NCBI GenBank assembly: GCA_963786955.1
Contig: CAWBAT010000002.1
Span: forward strand, 64,001 to 128,000
DNA: 64,000 nt
DNA from: an uncultured Acidimicrobiia bacterium
Lineage (GTDB): Bacteria; Acidobacteriota; Terriglobia; Versatilivoradales; Versatilivoraceae
Direction of reading: 5' to 3'
The notes beneath the pieces were generated by a model. It saw only the letters and a program-made list of their open reading frames with translations. It made no database searches and was not told where the DNA came from. A program made the translations under genes and the position numbers. Shown one piece after another: positions 9,688-19,822 of this stretch. Positions within the stretch are counted from its first letter, which is position 1, and the number at the start of each line of letters is the position of its first letter.

Positions 9688-11779
9688 GAGATGTCTCCCT
9701 GACTTTTGCTCGAGGGAAGTTGATCAAAAAAGTTGAGCCGACGCCAACCTTACTTTCCAAATAAATAGACCCTTTATGGTTGGCAATGATTTGCGAAGCA
9801 ATGTTCAATCCCAGCCCTGAACCGAGAGACTTGGTTGTAAAAAAAGCGTCAAAAACCTTACTCATGTCGGCTTCAGGAATGCCCCCTCCGGTATCGGAGA
9901 TGGAGAGCTGCAGAAACTCCTGGCTATGCTCAAGACCCAGAGTTAAGCTCCCACCATTCGGCATGGCCTCTACGGCATTACTCACAACAGCGGTCAAGAC
10001 GAGAGCGATCTGTTCCGGGTCGATCTCGACTTCCGGCAGATTTTCGGAAAATCGAGTCGAACATCTAATTCCTTTTCCCTTCAATGTAGGTCTGAACAAA
10101 CGCAGGGTCCGATTGGCAACGGCAGCTAAATCGGTGGGTTCTGTCCTCGGAATGCCAGGGCTAACATAGGTCAGCACATTTCTTAAAATTTTTTCTAAGC
10201 GCCGGACTTCCTCTACAATAATCTTCAATTCTTCATAATCAGGAGAGTCAGGCCCATGTCGTTTCAAAATGGCGTGGGCGAAACCTCCAATGCTGACCAA
10301 GGGGGTCCTAATTTCATGCGCGACTTTTGAGGCCAGTTCACCCAGGTCAGAAAGTCGCTTGGAACGGATGAGGCGGTCCTGCATGGCCTCTAATTCCGTG
10401 ATATGACGTTCATTTTCTTGGATGCGTCGCTGCACTTCTTCGTAAAGCAGGGAATCCTTGATTGCATTGGCGGCATAGTTTGCGAAAGTTTCAAGAAGCC
10501 TCAAATCCTCCCCAGAAATGGGTTTACCCGTGATCAGATTGTCTGCGATCAGAAGGCCTAGGGGCTGTTGGTTGTACCAGAGAGGGACGGCGGCCAGGCA
10601 TTCTACTTCAAATAGGTCCAAGAGCTTCTGACTGTCGGTAGGATCCTTGCTGTCCGCTCCACTGATGATCTCGGGTTGTGTTTGCATGAGGAGGTCGATC
10701 AGGATGTGCGAGCGTTGGTCGAGAGGGACTCGAATCCCTTTGACTATCTTGTTGACGTGAACATCCCGCGTCTCCCAACTCATGTCAAAAGCAGCCAACA
10801 GGTCAGGAAATGTCCAGTGCCGCTCTCTAATGTCATCCCAAATTTGCATGGCCTCGTGAAGATTGGATGGTCCAATGGCAAATTTCCCTTCCAGAGTTCG
10901 CGTTTGATCATTAACGAGTAGCAAAAAGGCACGATTAAATCCCAATCCTTCATTGGCCGTGACTCCGACGAGAATCCGGTAGAGGATCTCATCAAGATTC
11001 ATAGTGCTGAGCAGGGAGGTTGAGACGTTATTAATCAGCGAGAGTTCAAAATCTTTTCGTGCCAGTTCGGCTTCAATGGATTTCTTTTCGGAATAAAGCT
11101 GCAGAAATTCTTTGGACTGTTGCTCAAGTGCTTGAACGTATTCGTGTATCTCGCTGGCGGATTGGACTGTTTTTCCATCAAAACGATACGGGACATACAG
11201 CTGGCTCGAGTAACATCCCTTCACTTTGATGGGCTGAAAATAAAGGGTGGAGTCTTGCGTCCAAATATCCAAGAAAATGGACACCGTCTCCTTGAGCTGT
11301 CCAAGGATGAAGTTTGAGAAACTGCCTCGTGTTAGAAGGAAACAGGCAAATCGTTTTTTTTCATGAATTAAATTGTGAATCCAGGTCACCGTTTGCAGGA
11401 TCTCATGCTCGTGAGGAAGACGCTTTGCCAAGCTTGCCAGATCTTCGAAGACATAGATCCCATAGGGCCGCTCGTCGCGCGCGGCGAGGTTTGAGAATTG
11501 GCATCGGAAATCTTCCAGTGGTTCCATTGGCCGGGGGGTAATGCGCTGAAGAGCCGGAAAATCCATGTTGTCAAAAATCGAGTTGCCGGAAAATGAAACG
11601 GAATACGCAGGTAACCCGTTTGTCTCGACAAAATCGAGCAGCGGACGCAGGAAGGATAAGGCCTCAGAGGGTTCCCCGACATGGAAAAGCATGGACTCTC
11701 CCCAATGAACCCCTTGGATCAGGTTGTCCAAAGAATCAATTCCAGTCGAAAGAGGCTTTTCGAGGCTTGCTCTATTCAT
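9662..11779 (-). CDS. Cytoplasmic sensor histidine kinase: degenerate KaiC/RecA-like N-terminal domain + GAF + HisKA + HATPase
   Basis: H-box VAHEIRTPL, N-box NAVEAM, G1 DTGGGI, F-box FFTTK and G2 GSGLGL. GAF region with LGLLIADN. N-terminus LSTGIDSLDNLIQG. No TM segment. Confidence 0.88.
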   Translation of the reverse strand: MNRASLEKPLSTGIDSLDNLIQGVHWGESMLFHVGEPSEALSFLRPLLDFVETNGLPAYSVSFSGNSIFDNMDFPALQRITPRPMEPLEDFRCQFSNLAARDERPYGIYVFEDLASLAKRLPHEHEILQTVTWIHNLIHEKKRFACFLLTRGSFSNFILGQLKETVSIFLDIWTQDSTLYFQPIKVKGCYSSQLYVPYRFDGKTVQSASEIHEYVQALEQQSKEFLQLYSEKKSIEAELARKDFELSLINNVSTSLLSTMNLDEILYRILVGVTANEGLGFNRAFLLLVNDQTRTLEGKFAIGPSNLHEAMQIWDDIRERHWTFPDLLAAFDMSWETRDVHVNKIVKGIRVPLDQRSHILIDLLMQTQPEIISGADSKDPTDSQKLLDLFEVECLAAVPLWYNQQPLGLLIADNLITGKPISGEDLRLLETFANYAANAIKDSLLYEEVQRRIQENERHITELEAMQDRLIRSKRLSDLGELASKVAHEIRTPLVSIGGFAHAILKRHGPDSPDYEELKIIVEEVRRLEKILRNVLTYVSPGIPRTEPTDLAAVANRTLRLFRPTLKGKGIRCSTRFSENLPEVEIDPEQIALVLTAVVSNAVEAMPNGGSLTLGLEHSQEFLQLSISDTGGGIPEADMSKVFDAFFTTKSLGSGLGLNIASQIIANHKGSIYLESKVGVGSTFLINFPRAKVRETSHEHLVNRG

Positions 11780-11923
11780 GGAAGTGGTTCAAGCACGATT
11801 TTCGAAACTGAACCCATTGGAGACGGACTGGCGTTGGTGTTTAAAGCGCGCTTTCAACGCCAGTTGGCGGCGTCTTCGGGCGGCGCGATAACGTACCGGC
11901 CTCCCGAGAAACCAGAATCTTCA

Positions 11924-12412
11924 TTACTGATTTACGGCCAACTCAGCGGGCAAAGCAGCTCGAATCAATTGCGGTCGAACTAAACGGGCAAAGTCCGCGT
12001 ATTTGATCCGAATCGTGTCAATATGGGTTCCGGCGTTGAAAACGATTTCATCGTGGGCCGTGAGAGACTTGTCCACATAGACCGGCAAGTGATAGACGTT
12101 GCCAAATGGAGCCATGGCCCCTAATTCGCAATCCGGAAACAGCGAGGCAAATTCTCGCTCGGTGGCCAGTTCGATGTGTTTGAACGGCAGTTCATCACGC
12201 AACAATTTCAGATCCACTTTCATGATGGCCGGAAGTGCGAGCAAGATGTATTGGGAATCGGCTTTCAAGACAATTGTTTTTGCCATTTGCCGTCCAGGCA
12301 CGTGTTGTGCGGCAGCGACTTCTTGTGCGGTGTATGCCAGGCGGTGAGTACAGTGCGTGTACGGCACTCTTTGTTCTTCGAGGTATTCTTTAAGGCGGTT
12401 CGCGACACTCAT
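11924..12412 (-). CDS. YbaK/EbsC-family aminoacyl-tRNA deacylase-like protein
   Basis: AYTAQEVA, AKTIVLK, CELGAMAPFG and FNAGTH. CAGGAGG RBS before the ATG at 12412. Confidence 0.88.
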   Translation of the reverse strand: MSVANRLKEYLEEQRVPYTHCTHRLAYTAQEVAAAQHVPGRQMAKTIVLKADSQYILLALPAIMKVDLKLLRDELPFKHIELATEREFASLFPDCELGAMAPFGNVYHLPVYVDKSLTAHDEIVFNAGTHIDTIRIKYADFARLVRPQLIRAALPAELAVNQ

Positions 12413-12704
12413 AGAAACCTCCTGATCGTTATTGTGGCCTTTGTTGCCTTCCAATCGAATCGCGATCGGCCGGTATTAAAGGGGGGGATTTTTATCGTAT
12501 GGTGTGTAGGGTCACTCCTTCAGCCGGCAACCGGGGAGTCATTCGAAACTGAGAAAGGTAAAGGGCGGGGAACCGGTCTACCGTCTAAGAGCATTTTGAG
12601 AAGTTTTAATTCGAATGTCAATCGCACAATGTAAATGGGATAAGCCGGAAATGGAGTGGGATTAAATCGTTGATTTTGGTCTGCCCCCCTGCTATACATC
12701 TGGC

Positions 12705-13556
12705 GTGGGAAAAAGAACAAATCCTCCAATCATTGCGTTCCAAGGAGAACGTGGTGCCTACAGCGAACTTGCAACCAGGCGCTTATTTTCGCCTTCTGTC
12801 CAGTTCGCTCCCTGCCAAACTTTTGAACTCGTCTTTCAGCATGTCGATCGCGGCGAAGTCGATTTCGGAGTCATCCCCATCGAAAATTCGCTGGCGGGCA
12901 GTATTCACCAAAACTACGATTTGCTCCTGAGATATGACTTACAAATTGTTGGTGAGCTCAATCAGAAGATTATTCACAATCTCATTGCAAATCAGAAGAC
13001 GACTCTTAGCGGGATTAGGCGTATCTTTTCTCATCCTCAGGCTCTGATGCAGTGTCAACAGAATATTGCACGTTTCAAACAAGTAGAAATCGTGCCTGCT
13101 TATGATACGGCCGGCAGCGTCAAGAAAATTAAGGAAGAAAAGATCCTGGATGGAGCTGCCATTGCCAGCGAGTTAGCGGCGAAAATATATGGAATGAAGA
13201 TTCTAAAGCGCGGGATTCAAGATAACGCGGAAAATTTTACCCGCTTCTTGGTACTCAGTACGAAGTCTCCGATCCCGAGAGGCGCCAATAAGACTTCGGT
13301 GGTATTCTCTGTCAAAAACATTCCCGGCGCGCTTTTTCGCTCCTTAAGTGTGTTTGCTCTTCGTGACATTGACCTTTACAAAATTGAGTCTCGCCCACTC
13401 CATGGGAAACCTTGGGAATACCTCTTCTATATTGACTTTGCCGGGAATCAGACAAACAAGAACTGTTGGAATGCTTTACAGCACCTGAGCGAGATTGCGA
13501 CCTTTTGGCGAGTGCTCGGATCCTACAAGAGAGATGAGCAAAGGGCAGGGCGGTAA
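12705..13556 (+). CDS. pheA: Prephenate dehydratase (stand-alone PDT + ACT)
   Basis: AFQGERGAYS, PIENS, SHPQAL, NFTRF and ESRP motifs. Confidence 0.95.
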   Translation: MGKRTNPPIIAFQGERGAYSELATRRLFSPSVQFAPCQTFELVFQHVDRGEVDFGVIPIENSLAGSIHQNYDLLLRYDLQIVGELNQKIIHNLIANQKTTLSGIRRIFSHPQALMQCQQNIARFKQVEIVPAYDTAGSVKKIKEEKILDGAAIASELAAKIYGMKILKRGIQDNAENFTRFLVLSTKSPIPRGANKTSVVFSVKNIPGALFRSLSVFALRDIDLYKIESRPLHGKPWEYLFYIDFAGNQTNKNCWNALQHLSEIATFWRVLGSYKRDEQRAGR

Positions 13557-14649
13557 CCGAAGGAAATTTCTGCAAGCCTCGGCACTTGGGCCAGCGACGC
13601 TTCTGTGGAGCAATGGGCTGAGTGCGATTCAAGGCTCTCGAATCGGGGGAACCAATGCGGCTCCTTTCGGCAGTATCCTGGATATCGAGCACATCCAAGT
13701 AGGCCATTACACCGAGTCCCGCCGACCCACGGGATGTACGGTGGTTTTGTTTGAAAAAGGCGCCGTTGCGGGCGTCGATGTGCGAGGATCGGCCCCAGGA
13801 ACCCGAGAAACGGATCTGCTGAGTCCGCTGGGTACTGTCGAAAAGATTCATGCGATTTTGTTGGCGGGGGGAAGCGCGTTTGGATTAGATGCCGCCTCCG
13901 GTGTGATGCAGTATTTGGAGGAGCAGGGAATGGGTTTTGAAACCCGCGTGGCACGAATTCCCATTGTCCCCGCCGCCATCCTTTTCGATTTAGAATTGGG
14001 CGATCCGCGGATTCGTCCCGATCAGCGAAATGGCTATATGGCCTGTAAGGCCGCCAGCTCCAAATTCTGTCCAGAAGGAAATGTGGGTGCCGGCACAGGA
14101 GCGACGGTAGGGAAACTCTTTGGAATCAGCCGCGCCATGAAGGGGGGCTTGGCGACTACATCGATCAAAGTCGGGCCGGTTGTCGTTGCCGCTTTGATTG
14201 CCGTCAATGCTTTCGGAGATGTCTTGGACTCTGAGACCGGAAAAATACTGGCTGGCGCACGGACCGAAGACGGGAAGAATCTGGCCAATTCAATGGAGCA
14301 GTTTGAAAAGGGAAATATCGGATTTTTGAAACCGTCCCTTGAAAACACCACTATTGGCGTCGTGGCCACCAACGTTTCCTTGACTAAGACCGAAGCGTGC
14401 AAAGTTGCCCAGATGGCTCAGGATGGATTGGCTCGGAGCATCAATCCGGTCCATACGACCTATGACGGAGATACCCTTTTTGTTGTGGCGACAGGCCAGA
14501 ATACTGCCCGTCCTAACTTAACTTGGATTGGCTCGCTTGCCGCCGCCGTGGTGGCCAAGACTATTCGCCGCGCGATCCTGCTGGCCACAAGCTTGCCAGG
14601 ATTGCCTTGTTCCCAGGACCTGGCTGCCTCGAGGGAGACTTCTCTTTGA
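13534..14649 (+). CDS. P1/S58 family peptidase (DmpA-like), Tat-exported
   Basis: Tat-like NRRKFLQ. Motifs DVRGSAPGTRETDLL, GGSAFGL, GNVGAGTGA, the ENTTIG autoprocessing region and HTTYDGD. Confidence 0.88.
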   Translation: MSKGQGGNRRKFLQASALGPATLLWSNGLSAIQGSRIGGTNAAPFGSILDIEHIQVGHYTESRRPTGCTVVLFEKGAVAGVDVRGSAPGTRETDLLSPLGTVEKIHAILLAGGSAFGLDAASGVMQYLEEQGMGFETRVARIPIVPAAILFDLELGDPRIRPDQRNGYMACKAASSKFCPEGNVGAGTGATVGKLFGISRAMKGGLATTSIKVGPVVVAALIAVNAFGDVLDSETGKILAGARTEDGKNLANSMEQFEKGNIGFLKPSLENTTIGVVATNVSLTKTEACKVAQMAQDGLARSINPVHTTYDGDTLFVVATGQNTARPNLTWIGSLAAAVVAKTIRRAILLATSLPGLPCSQDLAASRETSL

Positions 14650-14739
14650 ATGGTAGTCTCGCGACCCTTCAAGTGGCTTTTTGGCTGCCGCATTCGTCGT
14701 TAAACAACCCTCTTGGGACTCACAATTATTTCCGATTAG

Positions 14740-15375
14740 ATGCACATGGTTTCTGTCGCCGGCCTCATTCTTGCCGCTGGAAAATCAGAACGGATGGGAA
14801 GACCGAAGCTCATGCTCGATTTCCATGGGAAAGCCTTTCTCGAGCATATTTTTACTGAAGCGAGCCAATCGGCCCTCACGGAAGTCAGGGTCGTAATCGG
14901 TCACCATGCCGAACAGGTTCAATCTCAATTTCCGAGCCTGGAAGGGAAGTGGATTGTGAATCCCGATTACGAACGAGGACAGCTTAGTTCAATCCAATGC
15001 GGACTTACCGTCCTTAAGCAGTACTCCCTTGACGGTGTCATGCTCTTATTGATTGACCACCCTTTTATCAGCCCGATGCTAATCAATCAATTAATTCACA
15101 ATTTCGGCGAAAGTCGTTGTCCGATTGTCATTCCTTCTTACGCTCACCGCCGTGGGCATCCGGTCATTTTTGCAAATTCCTTGTTTGAAGAGCTATGCAA
15201 CGCTTCACTGGACCGAGGAGCTTCCGATGTCGTGCGAACGCATGAAAAAGACATCTTACATGTGGAGGTTGACAACCCCGGCGTGCTCGTTGACATCGAT
15301 ACCCTTGAAGATTATTCACGGTATGTGCTGTCAGCCAAGGGCAGGAAAAAAAACGGGAGAGACTCTTTCGAATGA
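14740..15375 (+). CDS. Nucleotidyltransferase, MocA/MobA-like (NTP_transf_3)
   Basis: LAAGKSERMGRPK, GQLSSI, DHP, RGHPV and DIDT motifs. Confidence 0.88.
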   Translation: MHMVSVAGLILAAGKSERMGRPKLMLDFHGKAFLEHIFTEASQSALTEVRVVIGHHAEQVQSQFPSLEGKWIVNPDYERGQLSSIQCGLTVLKQYSLDGVMLLLIDHPFISPMLINQLIHNFGESRCPIVIPSYAHRRGHPVIFANSLFEELCNASLDRGASDVVRTHEKDILHVEVDNPGVLVDIDTLEDYSRYVLSAKGRKKNGRDSFE

Positions 15376-17039
15376 AAACAACCCGCCAAAAGTCAGCCAG
15401 GAATTGTTTCAAACGAGTTTTGTTGCTCTTATTTCTATTGTTGTTTCTCAAATCTGACTTTTTCACGGTTTCCTTTGAATCCATTTCAAGCGGATATTAT
15501 TCTTTAACGGTAAGCCGAATCCAGGCCACTCTCGAATTTTTGTCATCCAAAAACTTTAAAGGGCGCAAAACAGGGACGCCCGAGGAAGACCTCACCACTG
15601 CATATTTAGCAAGTGTCTTCCGGCGCAATGGACTTCAACCGGCGTCCACAACCCATGGAACTTTCATTCAAGAATTTGAGTTGACTCAAGCTCTGCCAAG
15701 CCCGGAAAGTGTTTTCAGGCGCTCCGAACCTCATCAACCCGCTGCTGAATGGAAGATTGGGCAAGATTTTCTGCCAGCCCCCTGGGGAACAGAATCGCCT
15801 GAAGTCACAGCCAGCCTGGCTTTCGTCGGTTACGGGATTACCGCGCCGGAGCTAGGATATGACGATTATTCGAAAACAGCGGTCCAAGGGAAAATTGCCG
15901 TTGCGTTGAGCAAGGTGCCCGATGGAGATGAAAAACACCGTTGGGATTTTTTCGCTCAGAAAGACTATGAGGAGCCGCTGGAGAAAGCCATTCGTGCGCA
16001 AGCGCGAGGAGCCGCGGGTTTGATCATTATTCTTCCGTCCAATGAATCGATTCCGGCGCTGGAAACAATAAATTATAAGCTTGCCAGAACGTATCTTACT
16101 TCCCAGGTGAATCAAGTCCAGATTCCGACTGTCCTTGTCACTTATCCGGTGGGGGAAAGCCTGTTCCATTCTGACGCACATTCATTGACGCTCGGGGACA
16201 TTCAACAGCAGTTGAATAAGGGTGCCCGGCCAGAAACCTTTGACATGGCTGGACGCCTGTCGCTTGCCACACGATATGACCATAAATCGTTTAAAGGTAA
16301 GAATGTTCTGGCGGTCATTCCGGGCGTTGATTCTAATTTGAAACAGGAATGCCTGATCATAAGCGCGCATCACGATCATTTGGGAACTGGAGACAATGAA
16401 GAGATTTATTTTGGGGCAGATGATGACGCGTCCGGGACTACGGGCCTCCTGGAACTTGCCGCCGCTTTTCAGGGAGGGAATTTGAGACCCAGACGCAGTA
16501 TTTTGCTAGCGGCTTGGGGTGCTGAAGAGCTAGGTCTATTGGGATCCCACTATTATGTGCAGCAACCTGCCTTCCCCCTCTCGCAGACCATCGCCATGCT
16601 TCAATTAGACATGATTGGTCGAAATGAAGAACGTCCGGCCAATGCTGCCGATCAAATTGAAGAAGAAAAACCGCAAGAGAACCTGAATACGGTCAGTATC
16701 GCCGGTACCGTTTTTAGCCCGGACATCAAGAAGCTCATCCAGTCCTGTAATTCCAGAGTTAACCTGAAACTGCGCTACCGCTACGATCATGGACAAGAGA
16801 ATTTGCTCAAGCGGAGCGATCAGTGGCCGTTCTTGGAGTTCGACGTCCCTTCCGTGTTCTTCTTCACAGGCTTTCACCCGGATTACCACAAGCCTTCCGA
16901 TACCGCCGACAAAATTAACTATCAAAAAATGGAACGGGTCTTGCAGTTGGTCTATCTGAGCGCCTGGGAAATCGCTGATTCGCCATTACGCCCCGGGTTT
17001 GTCCATCATGGATCTATGGACTCGAAGAGCACTTTCTAA
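15372..17039 (+). CDS. M28 family metallopeptidase with PA domain
   Basis: SAHHDHLG, GADDDASG, AEELGLLGS, LDMIGR, RSDQ and DYHKPSD. PA insert AFVGYGI. N-terminal hydrophobic segment. Confidence 0.92.
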   Translation: MKTTRQKSARNCFKRVLLLLFLLLFLKSDFFTVSFESISSGYYSLTVSRIQATLEFLSSKNFKGRKTGTPEEDLTTAYLASVFRRNGLQPASTTHGTFIQEFELTQALPSPESVFRRSEPHQPAAEWKIGQDFLPAPWGTESPEVTASLAFVGYGITAPELGYDDYSKTAVQGKIAVALSKVPDGDEKHRWDFFAQKDYEEPLEKAIRAQARGAAGLIIILPSNESIPALETINYKLARTYLTSQVNQVQIPTVLVTYPVGESLFHSDAHSLTLGDIQQQLNKGARPETFDMAGRLSLATRYDHKSFKGKNVLAVIPGVDSNLKQECLIISAHHDHLGTGDNEEIYFGADDDASGTTGLLELAAAFQGGNLRPRRSILLAAWGAEELGLLGSHYYVQQPAFPLSQTIAMLQLDMIGRNEERPANAADQIEEEKPQENLNTVSIAGTVFSPDIKKLIQSCNSRVNLKLRYRYDHGQENLLKRSDQWPFLEFDVPSVFFFTGFHPDYHKPSDTADKINYQKMERVLQLVYLSAWEIADSPLRPGFVHHGSMDSKSTF

Positions 17040-17229
17040 TTCAGGCGGTGAGTGGGCCGGGCATCGGCCAGGGTCTGCGGACCGCTCGATGAACAATCCA
17101 ACCTTTAAAAAGAACCATTGACCAGTATTCCCTTGAGCCATCCCGTTGTGACCCCTAAACTCTTGGTGTGATTGAAAAATACCCCTGGCTTACCGAAATC
17201 AGAATTTAGTTTCAATGAAAGGATGCGCG

Positions 17230-18159
17230 ATGGATCGAAAAAAGTTGATTCCCCTTGTCATTGTTTTCCTTGTTTTCTTGGGTGCGACGGGTTTTGCGCA
17301 GCAAGTCCGTCAAGATGTCGGGACAAAGCTCCTGATCCCTTCTTCAGTCAGAACCGCAACCTTTACTTCTTTTCTGGCCATCTTGAACCAGGATACCCAG
17401 TCGAATGACATACACATCCAGGCCCGGAACGCTGATGGTTCGACCATGGGTGAAACAAACATTACCTTGCCTGTGGGTGGGCGATTCAGAAGCACAGACA
17501 TTCTAGCAACCCTGGGAGTTGGGGTAGGCTCCTTTGGTCCGATTTCCATTGAATCAAACAATAGTCGACTCCTCAGTGCCGTTTCGGAAGTCACGAGTTC
17601 ACAGGGACCCGCCGGGTTTTTTCCGGGGGTGAATGTTCAGAGCGCCTGGCAACAAGGATATATTTTGGAGGTCAATGACACGGGGAACCAGGGGACTCCA
17701 GGCACCGTCCGGACGAATATAGGCCTCAACACGGTAGACGGTTCAGTCGCTCATGTCAGCATTCAGATGCTAAATAACACCGGTTCACCGGTCGGAGTTA
17801 CCATCAATCGGACTGTTGCGGGGAACGGTCTCACGCAAATTAATAGTGTCATACGGGAACTGCTGCAATCCGGCGGTGGAGTTACGGGGATAAACGGATA
17901 CCTTAAGATTGTATCGGATCGCCCAATCCTTGCATGGGCTAGCAAGGTTGAAAACGGAACCAACGATCCTAGCTTTCAAATCGCGATAGGCGCTGCTTCG
18001 ACTGTGGTCTCTCCGGCTCAGATCGAAGTGGCTGACACCAGAAATAACTTTCTCTTTGTCTTCTTTGCCTTCATGGGCACCGCACTTCTCCTTGGATGGC
18101 AAGGAAAAGGCAGGCGCGATGACCTTTCACAAGGCATCGTGGCCCAGGAAACCGCTTAG
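17230..18159 (+). CDS. Secreted Ser/Thr/Gly/Asn-rich beta-strand protein with C-terminal membrane anchor (hypothetical)
   Basis: Signal peptide MDRKKLIPLVIVFLVFLGATGFA, two similar beta-rich halves, and C-terminal TM FLFVFFAFMGTALLLGW followed by KGRR. Confidence 0.75.
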   Translation: MDRKKLIPLVIVFLVFLGATGFAQQVRQDVGTKLLIPSSVRTATFTSFLAILNQDTQSNDIHIQARNADGSTMGETNITLPVGGRFRSTDILATLGVGVGSFGPISIESNNSRLLSAVSEVTSSQGPAGFFPGVNVQSAWQQGYILEVNDTGNQGTPGTVRTNIGLNTVDGSVAHVSIQMLNNTGSPVGVTINRTVAGNGLTQINSVIRELLQSGGGVTGINGYLKIVSDRPILAWASKVENGTNDPSFQIAIGAASTVVSPAQIEVADTRNNFLFVFFAFMGTALLLGWQGKGRRDDLSQGIVAQETA

Positions 18160-18165
18160 TTCTCG

Positions 18166-19689
18166 ATGACCCGTTCACTTCTTGCGTTGCGACGATTGAT
18201 CCGGTTCGACTACCTTACCCAAAGCGTCGCTGACACTCGCGAAACTTTTCAACTTCATGCAACCCCTGAACCTGCGCTGTTGTTCGCGGAAAAATGCGAC
18301 CGGTTCATCCTTTCTGTCTTGGTTTTCCTCATTTTATTTTCCCCACTGGCGTACGGAAGTGTGGACTCCTGGGCTTATGTCCTGATCCGGGTGGGTGTCC
18401 TGGTCCTATTATCTGCCTTTCTTTTGCGTGCCGCCTACACGCGAGACTTTCACTTTTTAGCTCCTGCCTTTACACTTCCCGCTCTGCTCTTTCTGGTGCT
18501 CTTAATCATTCAGATCCTCCCGATCCCGATCTGGTTGCGGGACGTGGTTTCTCCGGCCCCTTTGAACCGTAGCCTGCTGCTCCCTTCATCTCCGGAATAT
18601 GGTGCGAAGCTTCTTCAATCGAGTTGGACCCAGATCTCACTTTATCCGCCTGTGACTTGGGACGCTCTGATTGATTTTTCTATCTGCCTTGTCCTGGCCT
18701 GGGTCATTTTTAATGCCATTCGTCAGAAAGACAGGCAGCGCACGGTTCTTCTTTCCGTTATCGGAATTGGGAGCTTCCAGGCCTTGTATGGCCTTCTCGA
18801 ATATTGCAGCGGGCGCCAGGGGATTTTTTTCTTTTCGAAAATGCATTACCGGGAAGATGTCACCGGGACCTATATCAATCATAACCACTTTGCAGGATTA
18901 CTGGACCTGAGCATCCCGATCCTTACTGCATTTCTATGGACAGTTTGTTCGGAACATGGCTTCCCGACAACAAAGGCAAATCACGCGAAATGGCCGAGAG
19001 AGACAATCTATCGGATTCTTACCTGGAGTGCCTTATTGAGTGCCATGCTTATAAGTCTGGTCTTGTCGCATTCTCGCGGAGGATTATTTTCAGTGGGCAG
19101 TTCTTTGTTACTTCTTGCCTTCTTTTTATTGAACCGAAGACGGCCTTCTGCAAACCGGATGAATAGGCTCATTTTGGCCCCAGTGCTCCTCGCGATGGCT
19201 TTTCTGAGCAATGAATTAATCTCCCGATTCTCCTACTCTTTCCGGGATGCCCCAGAGCGGATCGGGATCTGGAAAGATGCCACAAAGGTTGTGAAAGATT
19301 TTCCGCTCTGGGGGACAGGATTGGGGACCTTTAAGTATGTTTTGCCCAACTACCGCGAGAAAGTGGATATCGTGATGGTGGATGGAGTTCCCCGTCAAGC
19401 CAGCTGGAATTTTGCGCACAATGATTACTTGCAGCTTCTGGTTGAATGCGGAATCTTAGGTCTATTCCTGGCGGGTTGGGGGATCGCCCTTTGGGGCAGG
19501 CAGTTTCATCAAGGTCTTGAAATCACACCGAACGTTGAGAACCAGAACCTTCGCTATGGCCTGGCGTGTAGTGTCGTGGCGCTCCTCATTCACAGTTTTA
19601 TGGATTTTAATCTTCATATTCCTGCCAATGCATTCCTCTTTGTGGTTTGCCTGAGCCTCTCCATAAGCTATGGATCTTCCCAAGAATGA
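18166..19689 (+). CDS. O-antigen ligase / Wzy_C family membrane protein
   Basis: About 12 TM segments. Motifs GTYINHNHFAG, LSHSRGG, WGTGLGTF, AHNDYLQ and HSFMDFNLHIPAN. Confidence 0.9.
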   Translation: MTRSLLALRRLIRFDYLTQSVADTRETFQLHATPEPALLFAEKCDRFILSVLVFLILFSPLAYGSVDSWAYVLIRVGVLVLLSAFLLRAAYTRDFHFLAPAFTLPALLFLVLLIIQILPIPIWLRDVVSPAPLNRSLLLPSSPEYGAKLLQSSWTQISLYPPVTWDALIDFSICLVLAWVIFNAIRQKDRQRTVLLSVIGIGSFQALYGLLEYCSGRQGIFFFSKMHYREDVTGTYINHNHFAGLLDLSIPILTAFLWTVCSEHGFPTTKANHAKWPRETIYRILTWSALLSAMLISLVLSHSRGGLFSVGSSLLLLAFFLLNRRRPSANRMNRLILAPVLLAMAFLSNELISRFSYSFRDAPERIGIWKDATKVVKDFPLWGTGLGTFKYVLPNYREKVDIVMVDGVPRQASWNFAHNDYLQLLVECGILGLFLAGWGIALWGRQFHQGLEITPNVENQNLRYGLACSVVALLIHSFMDFNLHIPANAFLFVVCLSLSISYGSSQE

Positions 19690-19822
19690 TGCGGAGACGG
19701 GTGGAGCGGGTGCTCCGTCGCAGGCTGAAAGCGCGACGGGGGGACGGTGGTCCCAGGCGCGCGTTCCACCCTAGATGGCCAGACCGTTGAAAATACGAGA
19801 CCGTATTTATGAAACAGCGCAC

